From positions 32,001 through 96,000 of the IMG/VR virus record IMGVR_UViG_3300030109_006161: DNA of 64,000 bases; one strand, given 5' to 3'. Shown here one piece after another: positions 45,858 to 55,607 of this stretch. How positions within the stretch are numbered: the first letter of the stretch is position 1; every line of letters begins with the position of its first letter. The position numbers were made by a program, and so were the translations under genes. The notes below the pieces were generated by a model that did no database searches, had not been told where the DNA came from, and was given only the letters and a program-made list of their open reading frames with translations. The stretch comes from a virus.

Positions 45858-46862
45858 TCAAGTTATAAACTCATAATCTAAAAGTTTTATTCTCTTACTT
45901 TGGTTTTCGGTCGATTCAGAACAAAGATCAGTTGATAAATACTTTTTGTTATCATCTGCAAAGACTGTCGCTACTGTTTTATCGCTACCAATCTTATGTG
46001 CTTTGAGAATAGCGGCAAAGAGGTTAGCACCTGAGGAAATACCCACCGAAAGACCCATCTTGTTCATTTGTCTAGCCATAATGATTGCATCTGAGTCCTT
46101 TACTCTTATGATTTTACCCAATTCATCTAAACTAAGTATTTCGGGAACAAAACTATCTCCAATTCCTTCAATTCTATGAGACCCATCAGTATTATTGTCC
46201 GGAAACACCGGAAATGCTTGAAAATGCTTATTTTTTTCACTAAAATAGCGAAAAACACCCATAATGGTGCCTCCAGTGCCGGCACCAGCCACAAAAGCAG
46301 ACAAAGGACTAAACCCATTATTTTTTAGTGTTTTTTCAAGTTCTGGGGCGGTCGTTGCTAGGTGTGAAGCCGGATTATGAGAGTTTTTGAACTGTTGAGG
46401 ACAAAAGAACCCTTTTTTTTGACTTTTCTCGTTAGCAATATCAATACACCTTAGAAAACCGCCGTCTTCAACACTAATTTCATGTAATTTTGCTCCATAA
46501 AAGCGCAATAGACGCTTTCTTTCTTCAGAAAGCCAATTTGGCATGTATATTTCTACTTTATGTCCCAAAAAAGCACCCATGGCAGCAAAAGCAATACCAG
46601 TATTGCCACTAGTAGCTTCAATTATCGTATCTGAGGGACTTAGAACCCCTAGTTGGTGTGAATTCTTAATAATTTGTAGAGCCATTCTGTCTTTTATACT
46701 GCCAGAATAGTTCCAAGCTTCATATTTTGCAAATATTTCAACAGTTTCTTCGTTTATTTCACAAAAAACCCGTATAACCGGTGTGTTACCTACAAAATTA
46801 GATAGAGTTTCTATAGATTTCAGGTACTTATCCAAGATATCCCTTTCTAACTGTCTCTCCAC
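45858..46862 (-). CDS. cysK: PLP-dependent cysteine synthase family protein
   Basis: VGNTP, SGSIKDR, EATSGNTG, GAGTGGT, HRIEGIG, GISSGA. Confidence 0.9.
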   Translation of the reverse strand: MERQLERDILDKYLKSIETLSNFVGNTPVIRVFCEINEETVEIFAKYEAWNYSGSIKDRMALQIIKNSHQLGVLSPSDTIIEATSGNTGIAFAAMGAFLGHKVEIYMPNWLSEERKRLLRFYGAKLHEISVEDGGFLRCIDIANEKSQKKGFFCPQQFKNSHNPASHLATTAPELEKTLKNNGFSPLSAFVAGAGTGGTIMGVFRYFSEKNKHFQAFPVFPDNNTDGSHRIEGIGDSFVPEILSLDELGKIIRVKDSDAIIMARQMNKMGLSVGISSGANLFAAILKAHKIGSDKTVATVFADDNKKYLSTDLCSESTENQSKRIKLLDYEFIT

Positions 46863-48790
46863 AGGTTATTAGATGCAAACTTAATGACTTCTTCTGCTGA
46901 TTCTTCATTGTATCCATATTCTTCTATTAGAGTTTGTACCATTTCATTGTATTTACCTTGTTGCTTCTTATCTCTGCTTTTTGATTTGGTTACAATTCGT
47001 GATATATCTCTAACTGAGGCTGTTAATTTATTTTCAATAGCTTCCTTTAGCGGTGCATAACTTTGCCACGCAACTTTCTCGCCCCTTCTAAGCCGAGAAA
47101 ACATATATGAAGTGATATCTACTCTGAAATTATCTCTTGCAGTACCAACAATGCCAATTTGTTCTTCAATTGAAGCCATGAATCCTTCATCTGGCTGTAT
47201 CTCTTCGTTTGTTACACCATCTTTTACAGTAGTCATATTAACATATGCCTCAGCATGATCCAAGTAATTATTAAACAAGGATTCTGCCTGTTCATCATAA
47301 GCTGAAACAAATGCTTTTGTAATTTCTTTTTCCAGTATATTAAGATATTCGTCATGTAGTGTTTTACCTAAGAAGTTCAGGTATCTATTTCTATCGTCCT
47401 CTACTACAATTTGATCTTTTACTTGTTTTATGAGCGCATCTCTAATCGATATTGGGGTTACCATATTCTTATCACTATCAGACATCGCTGCATCAATAGC
47501 TTTCATAATAAATCTTGTAGATATACCTGTCATACCTTCGTCTCGTGCTTCATCCCGTAAGTCATTTATATCAATCTTCTTTACATGACCTTTTTCTATG
47601 ACGTCTTTACCATTATAGATTTTCATCTTTGTCATAGGGTCCACTTTATTTGATGGGTGTAATCTACTTAGAACTGCAAACATGGATGCTACCTCTAATG
47701 TATGAGGTGCAATGTGTCCATCAAAATCCGATAAACCCAAAAGCTTCTCGTAGATCTTTTGTTCTTCTGTGTATTCAAGACTGTATGGAACATTAACCCT
47801 AACAATACGGTCTAAAATAGCTTCATTAGTATTTTCTGATTTAAACTTGTTCCACTCTGCTTCATTGCAGTGTGCTAAAATAACACCATCAAAATAAATC
47901 ATTGGTCCCTTACCTGGGGAGGGTACGGCTTTTTCCTGAGTTGCTGTAATCATGGTGTGAAGAAACTCAATCTCGTTTTTAAACACCTCGACAAACTCAA
48001 CGATACCACGGTTACCGACATTAAAGGCACCATTCAAGGATAAAACCCTAGGGTCATCCTCTGAGTATAAATCTAGTTTGGAAATATCTTCACTGCCAAT
48101 AAGGATTGTAACGTCTTGACTATTAGCATCCATTGGAGGCACGACACCAACACCCCTTCGCCCTCTAACTGAGAAAGATGATTGTGTTATTGGTACAGAC
48201 ATATAATCATTATTGTATTTTTCTTTTAAATTGTGCCGGCACACCGGACATAAATCACCTTCAATCTTTATTCCATATATCTCTTGAAATTTATCTCGCA
48301 AAGAACGAGGGATCAGGTGAAGTGGTTCCTCTCTTATGGGGCAGCCTTCAATATGATGCATTGGTTCACAATCTTCTAGAGCCCCTTTTATTCTTTCTAA
48401 TAGAGCAGATTTACCTGCCCCGACAGGTCCCAGGAGTAGAAGTACCTGACGGCTTTCCTCTCCTTTAAGAGACGCTGAACGGAGAAACCTCATGATCTTA
48501 GCTAGAGAACGCTCCATGCCAAAGAAATTGCTTTGAAAATAATTGTAGGTTCTAATTTCTTCCCCACCAAAAAGCTTATGACAACGATCATCCGACTTGG
48601 ACATTCGTGTTATGCCATGTGATGTGATCGTATCATACAAACGTTTGTGAGATAGTTTAGTAATTGTAGAGTCTGCCTCTAACAATTCAATATATTCTTT
48701 TAGCGTTCCTTCAAACTTTTTAGGTTTTTTACTTTCTTTGTGTTTACCAACCAGTTTAAGAAATTTATCAGACTTGTTTTCTTTTGGCAT
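46847..48790 (-). CDS. prkA: PrkA/YeaG AAA-type serine protein kinase
   Basis: GPVGAGKS, CPIREEPL, NRGIVEFVEVFK, GISTRF. Confidence 0.95.
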   Translation of the reverse strand: MPKENKSDKFLKLVGKHKESKKPKKFEGTLKEYIELLEADSTITKLSHKRLYDTITSHGITRMSKSDDRCHKLFGGEEIRTYNYFQSNFFGMERSLAKIMRFLRSASLKGEESRQVLLLLGPVGAGKSALLERIKGALEDCEPMHHIEGCPIREEPLHLIPRSLRDKFQEIYGIKIEGDLCPVCRHNLKEKYNNDYMSVPITQSSFSVRGRRGVGVVPPMDANSQDVTILIGSEDISKLDLYSEDDPRVLSLNGAFNVGNRGIVEFVEVFKNEIEFLHTMITATQEKAVPSPGKGPMIYFDGVILAHCNEAEWNKFKSENTNEAILDRIVRVNVPYSLEYTEEQKIYEKLLGLSDFDGHIAPHTLEVASMFAVLSRLHPSNKVDPMTKMKIYNGKDVIEKGHVKKIDINDLRDEARDEGMTGISTRFIMKAIDAAMSDSDKNMVTPISIRDALIKQVKDQIVVEDDRNRYLNFLGKTLHDEYLNILEKEITKAFVSAYDEQAESLFNNYLDHAEAYVNMTTVKDGVTNEEIQPDEGFMASIEEQIGIVGTARDNFRVDITSYMFSRLRRGEKVAWQSYAPLKEAIENKLTASVRDISRIVTKSKSRDKKQQGKYNEMVQTLIEEYGYNEESAEEVIKFASNNLWRDS

Positions 48791-48795
48791 GTTTT

Positions 48796-50112
48796 TTAAA
48801 ACTCCCATATTTCATCTTCAATTATGGTAGTGAATTTTACCCCACCAGTCCACAGTTCGTTAATCTGTCCGAAAACTTTATTAGCTTCAGACAATTCTAA
48901 ATCTCGACCATCGTGTTCATGATGTAGGACCAATGTGCCATCTTGTAACATTTCCTCAACATACACCACTGGTGATGAATTAAGACCTATATTTTTAATT
49001 AGGTCGTCACGAATAGTTCTCCACCGTTCTCCGCCAGAAACATCGGTTACTCGATGCACTCCATCTTTTTTATCAAACGCAAAACTGAATAAATTCAATT
49101 CATTACACAATTCTTCATCCAAATATTTTTTAATGAACGTTTCATCGGAATGTGATTCTCTAGCTATAAGACATGCATCAAAACCTATCTTATCTTCAAT
49201 ATGTCTAAATATCTTGTACCCTAAGTGATAAGGGTTCACTCTTCCCAAGTGCGGTCTTATTACTTGGTTGTGTAATCTTATGAAAGCTAAATTATATTCT
49301 GTTGGTAAATCTAGCATATTCATTATTTTCTCGTGTATTAAAACAGCCCAACCCTCGTTCATAATTTTAGTTTTTGCTTGAGGTATAAAATACAAAGAGT
49401 TTTGTTCTACAATGTGAATAACATCTTTTTGCCAATCCGCTAAATATTTGTTGTTATTTCTTATAAATCCAAGTAAATTATAATCTGGCTCCAAAGGAAT
49501 TTTATTTAGATTAAAATTATCATATTTGCCAGTTTTATCATTGGAGATTAGTTTTCTATAATACTCTTTCAAACTTTTTGGATCTCTTCTTTTCAACCCT
49601 GGACTTCTGGGTACTTGATATCTAATTGTGTGACAAGCATCAAGAATCCGCTCGACTGCATCGATTCCAATATGTGGATCTTCCATATATTTCTTGATAC
49701 GCTTACCAGCAGACTTAAACCGGTCAATAACATTGTCTGCATCAGTATCAACGAACATCCTATTGTTCTTGAAAAAATCACTATGACCTACACAATGTGA
49801 CATTGTAAGTAGATGAGTTGACATTGGGTTCTCTGTCATAAGGTAAGCAATACTGGGGTTAGAATTTATAATCATTTCGTAAGGAAGACCCTGCATTCCT
49901 AAATTATATTCTGTCTGGATCCGATCAAATGATTTACCAAAAGACCAGTGCCGGTAATGAGTTGGCATTCCAGTATAAGCCATATGACCCATCATTTCTT
50001 TATAGTCGCAGATTTCATAATCAATGGGGTACCATTCTAAGCCAAGTTCTTCACCTAGCTTACAGATTTTATTATCCCACATTTGTAATTCACTCATACT
50101 CCACTCAGCCAC
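48796..50112 (-). CDS. spoVR: SpoVR/YcgB family protein
   Basis: HWSFGK, YEMIINSNP, H..GHSDFFKNN, TKIMNEGWA, NPYHLG. Confidence 0.95.
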   Translation of the reverse strand: MAEWSMSELQMWDNKICKLGEELGLEWYPIDYEICDYKEMMGHMAYTGMPTHYRHWSFGKSFDRIQTEYNLGMQGLPYEMIINSNPSIAYLMTENPMSTHLLTMSHCVGHSDFFKNNRMFVDTDADNVIDRFKSAGKRIKKYMEDPHIGIDAVERILDACHTIRYQVPRSPGLKRRDPKSLKEYYRKLISNDKTGKYDNFNLNKIPLEPDYNLLGFIRNNNKYLADWQKDVIHIVEQNSLYFIPQAKTKIMNEGWAVLIHEKIMNMLDLPTEYNLAFIRLHNQVIRPHLGRVNPYHLGYKIFRHIEDKIGFDACLIARESHSDETFIKKYLDEELCNELNLFSFAFDKKDGVHRVTDVSGGERWRTIRDDLIKNIGLNSSPVVYVEEMLQDGTLVLHHEHDGRDLELSEANKVFGQINELWTGGVKFTTIIEDEIWEF

Positions 50113-51298
50113 TTAATATACCTCCGAACAATTTCCTAAAAGATTTCCAAATGTCCTTGTGAGTAACAAGTCTCACTTTCTTGAAGTGTTTATCTTCTAG
50201 AGGTTTTATCTTGTCCCACAATCCTTCACCTGTAAAGGAAGCAAAAAAAGATAAAGAATCTCTATGGGACCTTTCTTCACCTATCTCTGTGTAACAAATC
50301 AACTGATTAATTTCTTTCAATTTCCGAAACAAAGATATACTCTCTTCATTGTCAGAGGGCCAGTTCTCTCCATCACCACAATAAAATGTATATATATTCC
50401 AATTGTTTGGGTGATATCTTTTCTCAGTTATTTCTAATACTTTTCCTAAACCGGAAGACGCCATAGTGCCACCGCCTGTAGCCCGAGTAAAAAACTGTTC
50501 TTCGTTTACTTCGTGAGCATCAGTTGTATGAGAGACAAAAACAACATCTACAGAAGAATACCTATGATTTATAAATTGATACAGAAGAAAGAAAAAACTT
50601 CTAGCTAGGTATTTTTTCGATTTGTTCATTGATCCTGAAACATCCATTACAAAAAATATAACTGCGGTAGTATTGTCTTTTTGAACTGGTGCTATGTGTT
50701 TGTATCTTAGGTCACTGTCATGAAATGGAAACCTGTCGTCTGAGTCAGGATCATGTGTGCCAGCCTTTATTGCTGCTTTCTTTCTTTTTATTTTTTGCTT
50801 TATGGTTTCTTTTTTAGATAACCGAGGACGAATACCATAAGGGCGTTTTCCTTTTCGCTTCATCCTTTCTTCGGCTATGAACTTAAATCTTTTCTTTTCT
50901 AACTCTGGCAACTCAAGATCGGCAAAAAGATATTCTGCCAATTCTTCCAAAGACATCTCTATCTCATACATCTCCTCCCCAGGTTTATCACCTGGTTTGT
51001 TCCCTTGACTACCGTCCTGTCTTTGACGCTTACCAATCCTTTGTCCTTGTTGTACTTTTTTACCCTGCGCTGAACCTACACGTTTATTTTTTTCGTTGTT
51101 GCCATAAACGAACTGGTGCTCTTTGATACCTCTTACTGGTATCCTGACTTTCTTTTTTCCGTTTTGCCCGATAATGCTTTCTTCGGCTACAACATCTTTG
51201 ATGCTGTCTTTTATGGCTCTCTCTATTTTTTCTCGATGCCTGGTTCGATCACCAGCCGCACGGTCAGCAATTGTTTTATGTTCTCTGAAAGTACTCAT
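50105..51298 (-). CDS. yeaH: YeaH/YhbH (DUF444) vWA-like protein
   Basis: D..RH, LELP.L, MDVSGSM, FVSHTT, GGT..SS, GDGENW. Confidence 0.93.
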   Translation of the reverse strand: MSTFREHKTIADRAAGDRTRHREKIERAIKDSIKDVVAEESIIGQNGKKKVRIPVRGIKEHQFVYGNNEKNKRVGSAQGKKVQQGQRIGKRQRQDGSQGNKPGDKPGEEMYEIEMSLEELAEYLFADLELPELEKKRFKFIAEERMKRKGKRPYGIRPRLSKKETIKQKIKRKKAAIKAGTHDPDSDDRFPFHDSDLRYKHIAPVQKDNTTAVIFFVMDVSGSMNKSKKYLARSFFFLLYQFINHRYSSVDVVFVSHTTDAHEVNEEQFFTRATGGGTMASSGLGKVLEITEKRYHPNNWNIYTFYCGDGENWPSDNEESISLFRKLKEINQLICYTEIGEERSHRDSLSFFASFTGEGLWDKIKPLEDKHFKKVRLVTHKDIWKSFRKLFGGILSG

Positions 51299-51323
51299 AT
51301 AGTAAGTAGTTTCGGAACGAAGG

Positions 51324-52493
51324 TTATTTTACAGTTACTGTTATTGTATCGTCTTTGGCAGGCGTAAGTTCTGTAATTGCTATTGTATGAGAATTGCCGT
51401 CCAAATCTTTTATGATCACCAGTCCAGGTTCGGCTGATCCTGGCTTTGCTCTATAGGTGGTATCATCCATAATATATCCCTTATTGGATACTCTTTCATA
51501 ATCAACTTTTTCACGACCGCTCGCTGTCTTCTTGACTACTTTTTCCAAAGTATTCCAAGTTACGGGCATACCTTTTTTAAAGTCTTTTTCCATGCGGAAA
51601 GATTCTTGGATACGTCCTGTTCTTCTGAGACTCTCAGTAACGACCTTACGAATCAAACTCTCTGTGATTTCTAACCCTTCCTTTCGGTTGGCTGCTGCTT
51701 CTTCGGGAGCATTCCAATCAACTGTTCCGCCAGCAAGTGCTTTTGAGCTAGCTGCTACCTGTCCCTTGTCCGCATCAATTATAGGCATATCTGGTCTTTC
51801 TGGAGCCCAGTTAGGGAGTTTGAAACTTACTTTTCCTAAATTGGTTACCATTTTAGCAACGGCTGCATCTACTGCTTCTTGTCCTTCTTTCCCTGTGAAT
51901 TTTTTCAAGACGTCCATAACATCATCGGGGCTCAAAGACCAGACACCAGCTTTGACGTAAGCCATCAATTGGCTCTTTATTTTCTCAGGTACAAATTGAT
52001 CAAAGCCACCTGTAGCAGGGTTTCCTTGATCAACACCAAACAGACCTTTAGACATAGTATTCAGTATGGCTACTAATTCTTTCCCTGGGTAGTCTACCAA
52101 GAGACCACCTACTTTTAGATTCGGATCGATCATTGCAGATGCAACCCATCGATGGTGACCGTCCATAATAAACCCATCTTTACTAATCAATGCATTCAAG
52201 TTTCCGCCAGGTTGTAGATCTTTGTTTTTAGGGCTCAACATATTTATTACAAAAGCCATAGCCTTTTTGATATTCATACTTGATTGAGATGGTTTTAGTT
52301 TTTGAACAGAGGTGATGCCCTCGGGTTTGTTTTTTACTCCGATGACGTCATCTTTTGGGTCACCGTCTTTCAAACCTGATGTAGCAATCTTCTTGGCTAT
52401 CTCTGGATTAACATCTGATAGCTTGAGTGGTGTTCTTTTTGCGTCGATCTTCTCAAGCACAAGTTTTCGAATTTGGTCTTTTGTAATTTTCAT
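51324..52493 (-). CDS. ParB/Srx-fold protein with putative head-targeting leader
   Basis: LKPSQ...ISKDGFIMDGHHRW; N-terminal MKITKDQIRKLVLE. Confidence 0.65.
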   Translation of the reverse strand: MKITKDQIRKLVLEKIDAKRTPLKLSDVNPEIAKKIATSGLKDGDPKDDVIGVKNKPEGITSVQKLKPSQSSMNIKKAMAFVINMLSPKNKDLQPGGNLNALISKDGFIMDGHHRWVASAMIDPNLKVGGLLVDYPGKELVAILNTMSKGLFGVDQGNPATGGFDQFVPEKIKSQLMAYVKAGVWSLSPDDVMDVLKKFTGKEGQEAVDAAVAKMVTNLGKVSFKLPNWAPERPDMPIIDADKGQVAASSKALAGGTVDWNAPEEAAANRKEGLEITESLIRKVVTESLRRTGRIQESFRMEKDFKKGMPVTWNTLEKVVKKTASGREKVDYERVSNKGYIMDDTTYRAKPGSAEPGLVIIKDLDGNSHTIAITELTPAKDDTITVTVK

Positions 52494-52538
52494 TTGTTAT
52501 GAGTTCCTTGAGGGATATAAAAATGTATTATAAATAGT

Positions 52539-53348
52539 TTACGCTGGTGATATATCCACTATTTTAATTGGTGTAGCGATAAACTCATTCCACAAGGATG
52601 TTTTCAATTCACCGTTACAATCGTTCTCTAGGTCAACACAAAGGTTTTCTTTTTCCCCAGGGTAGCCAAGCCTATAAAGATTGACGCACTTACGACCATT
52701 ACTTACTGAATAAGATTTTACATCGCTGCGGAAGCCTGCTCGGACATTGCCTTCGAACTCCATAATCAAATTAGATTCTTTTCTGAAGAAGGGTCGTTCG
52801 GCTACCGTGTAAGAAGAAATGTCAAAAGGTTCCCCCTTATCAATTGCTCTTTGAATTCTTTCAACACCATTTTCAGATGTATAATGAAGCAGTGTTTTGG
52901 GGTTGTTAGTTGAGCCGTAGATTTGCTCGGTAAACTCGTCATCTATGAGAATGTATGGCTCAAGGTCTCCACGGGAATAAAAGTACGCCAATCTTAGCTT
53001 GTTAATGTCGGGGAAGTACTCTCCAAACTCTTTGCGAAGTCCCCATACACGATGGTTTGCAAAATCCTCAATATGATCCATTACATTTTTGTGAGTAAGG
53101 AGATCGTAGCGATCAACTTCCACGTTTAGCTGGAAGTCATAAAAAGAATAAACTAACTGCCTTAATTCATCTGGACCATCGATATCGCCACCCCTTATGG
53201 AATGACCATCTTTCTGAAGTTTCAATATTTGATTGGCGAAAGTTTCCCACTCAGCGATAGTATGGAAAGATGTCTCTGGTTTTATATACCCATGCACGTA
53301 AACCTTGACGGCTTCGTTAACAAACTTCTTCCACCTAGTTGAATTCAT
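52539..53348 (-). CDS. Hypothetical protein, possible ADP-ribosyltransferase-like fold
   Basis: LLHYTS...ISSYT...NEF spacing is weak evidence for the fold; the ORF itself is solid. Confidence 0.5.
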   Translation of the reverse strand: MNSTRWKKFVNEAVKVYVHGYIKPETSFHTIAEWETFANQILKLQKDGHSIRGGDIDGPDELRQLVYSFYDFQLNVEVDRYDLLTHKNVMDHIEDFANHRVWGLRKEFGEYFPDINKLRLAYFYSRGDLEPYILIDDEFTEQIYGSTNNPKTLLHYTSENGVERIQRAIDKGEPFDISSYTVAERPFFRKESNLIMEFEGNVRAGFRSDVKSYSVSNGRKCVNLYRLGYPGEKENLCVDLENDCNGELKTSLWNEFIATPIKIVDISPA

Positions 53349-53548
53349 TAGAAAGGACCTAATCCAGACTTACCAGACTTTGCAGCTTTTTTTGTGAATG
53401 GAGGTGTGTTCTTGTTACCACCTGTTGCCGCAGTTGCGATCCTTTTGTTCATCCGCCTTTTATAAATTGCTTGCATCTTGCCTTCGGCGGCTGCCTCATT
53501 GACTACATTCCGAACAATTTCTTCGAGTCTCTTGAATGATATCTTCAT
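53348..53548 (-). CDS. Small basic protein with leader motif
   Basis: MKISFKRLEEIVRNVVNE followed by a basic tail. Confidence 0.6.
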   Translation of the reverse strand: MKISFKRLEEIVRNVVNEAAAEGKMQAIYKRRMNKRIATAATGGNKNTPPFTKKAAKSGKSGLGPF

Positions 53549-53758
53549 AATTTTACATGTAATAGAGAGAGCTATTGAGCCACCACCACCATCCTTTATT
53601 TGCTTTCTTTTTTGACATTCTTATCTAACTCCTTGATTTTACTCATAACAGATTTGGAAATGTTTTGGATCACATGCATTGTCTTCATTTCGTTAACGAT
53701 GAAGTTCCATGTCTTATCTTTAGTAATCATTGTTTTCCCAAAATTAGTTGCCTTATAA

Positions 53759-54187
53759 TTAGTCTATTGTCTTGAATAAGGAACGACTAACATGAGTTGA
53801 AATAACACGATCCGCTTTTTTATAATAACCTGTGCTGATAACCATAAACTCCCGGTCACCTAATTCGCAACATAAATCAACTTCAACTTTATAAAATGTT
53901 TTATCGCCCAAAGTTGTTTCTGGAATGACCTCAATTCGTTCGCTTCGGTTACCGCTGGCTTGGTTTTGGATTTGTTCGTAGAATATATTCATAGCTTGAA
54001 AATGGTTCATGCCAGATATTGAAGCTGTTTTAGCTTGCATGATACGTCTTGTATTCGTAGCTATCTGTGTTTCTAGTGAGACCGAACTATGCAAGTACAT
54101 GGCACTAGCAGCAATGATGGCAGCCATGACCAGGGTAACAACAAGAGCGATTCCTCTTCGACGTTTATTCCACATTGATAATGACAT
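53759..54187 (-). CDS. PilX-like type IV minor pilin
   Basis: KRRRG|IALVVTLV prepilin-type site and hydrophobic helix; 'ETQIATN.R...QA...SISG' matches the PilX N-terminal pattern. Confidence 0.7.
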   Translation of the reverse strand: MSLSMWNKRRRGIALVVTLVMAAIIAASAMYLHSSVSLETQIATNTRRIMQAKTASISGMNHFQAMNIFYEQIQNQASGNRSERIEVIPETTLGDKTFYKVEVDLCCELGDREFMVISTGYYKKADRVISTHVSRSLFKTID

Positions 54188-54506
54188 TCCTAGTAGGTAG
54201 ATTTACCAGCCCGTCCGGTAAATTTTTATTTTTCAAAGAAAGGTTGTTAGTAACCCAATCCCTTGTTCTTTGCAAACAAATATTACTTGGGACATTGTTA
54301 TCCAGACATTCACGCTCTTTTACTTTTACAACCTGACAATAGCATCGCATTTTGTTATGCAGATCCATAGCGGGAGATAATGTCATTTGTTCCGGCATAA
54401 TCTCGTTTGTCCCAGGAACCCAATTAGGGCATTGAATTTGTTGCAAATTATAGTACCCATTGTATGGACTAAAAAATGTTAGTAAAAACAGTAACTTATA
54501 AATCAT
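54165..54506 (-). CDS. Hypothetical secreted Cys-containing protein
   Basis: Hydrophobic N-terminus; five Cys. Confidence 0.55.
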   Translation of the reverse strand: MIYKLLFLLTFFSPYNGYYNLQQIQCPNWVPGTNEIMPEQMTLSPAMDLHNKMRCYCQVVKVKERECLDNNVPSNICLQRTRDWVTNNLSLKNKNLPDGLVNLPTRNVIINVE

Positions 54507-54618
54507 TGAAAAACCTCAACTTTCTTCATCATCTACATAGCCACCGAAAAAGCCGTTGGCAATAATAAAAGTTATAGCAACACTAAGCGTAAGAAAACCG
54601 ACCACACACATACCGATA

Positions 54619-54861
54619 CTAATGTACATCATCATAAGTTGTCACCAGAATCCTTCCTATGTTATTGGGATATCCCGTATGATATTGTAACCCATATTGT
54701 TGAATTATTTTAACACTTTCTTGCAACATGATCTCACTATTGCCCGTAATAATCTCTACAAACAAACCAGAGTGTAAGTGTTGCTCTAAAAACCTTACAA
54801 CCTCGTTTTGGACCTCATGGTGTCGAAGCCCATGTAGATCAAGTTTGGGAACGGGCATCAA
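54619..54861 (-). CDS. Stand-alone Smr-domain protein
   Basis: KLDLHGL, IITG, N.GRI. Confidence 0.8.
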   Translation of the reverse strand: MMPVPKLDLHGLRHHEVQNEVVRFLEQHLHSGLFVEIITGNSEIMLQESVKIIQQYGLQYHTGYPNNIGRILVTTYDDVH

Positions 54862-55055
54862 TCGCTTTTACCTTGCCGGCAGACCAGGCACCAAGTCTAG
54901 CCGACCAGTACCACCAGCCTTTGCCCCGCCGGGCGGTAGTATTTTTTTGCACCCAAAAGCATAGCAACAGAACTCCGACATAAATTTTTCTCATCACTTA
55001 AAATCTCCGATTTTTTTTCTAAAATTTTTTCAAGCAGGCAGGGCAGGCAAGGCAG

Positions 55056-55274
55056 TTAGCCACTGTCAAAATCGTCAACTCCGTGATAATTCTCTAAACT
55101 CAGTAAGCTCTCTTCGCCGGTAGCGCAGTCAACACCATAGAAATATCGGGAGTGACCGGACTCCCTAGTAATCAAGACAAGAGTACCCGGCTTATGTGGG
55201 GAGTAATTGTCAACTGCTGGTAAAGCTCGCACAAGATCCCCAACCTTATAAGACCTGCTAGCAATATTAACCAT
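55056..55274 (-). CDS. SH3/KOW-like mini-protein
   Basis: YKVGDLVR motif; start uncertain. Confidence 0.55.
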   Translation of the reverse strand: MVNIASRSYKVGDLVRALPAVDNYSPHKPGTLVLITRESGHSRYFYGVDCATGEESLLSLENYHGVDDFDSG

Positions 55275-55388
55275 ATGAAGAACCCCCGTGCGGGCGTGCG
55301 GACACGGAGCCGCTGGCAATTGCTGAATCTAATATTGAGTACTCTCGCAAAGTCATGTCTGCTTCTAACTGCTGTTTCTGTTTATAAA

Positions 55389-55607
55389 TCATTTAGAAGC
55401 TGCTTTCGTAACTTTAGATAGCAATGTCATTCTTGGTCTAGCTATCCAATAGTATTTATCTTGTGATTGAATTTTATACATATTATCTCTTGTCATCCTA
55501 TAACTTCTTTCTATTACTATTCCTGTTCTAGTTACGGACGCTCCTAAGTGCCCGTGTATAAACTCTACTAGATCTCCTATTTCATAGTGCCAACCTGTGT
55601 CATTCAT
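55389..55607 (-). CDS. SH3/KOW-like mini-protein
   Basis: YEIGDLVEF...GIVIE...YKI..W...LLSK. Confidence 0.65.
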   Translation of the reverse strand: MNDTGWHYEIGDLVEFIHGHLGASVTRTGIVIERSYRMTRDNMYKIQSQDKYYWIARPRMTLLSKVTKAASK

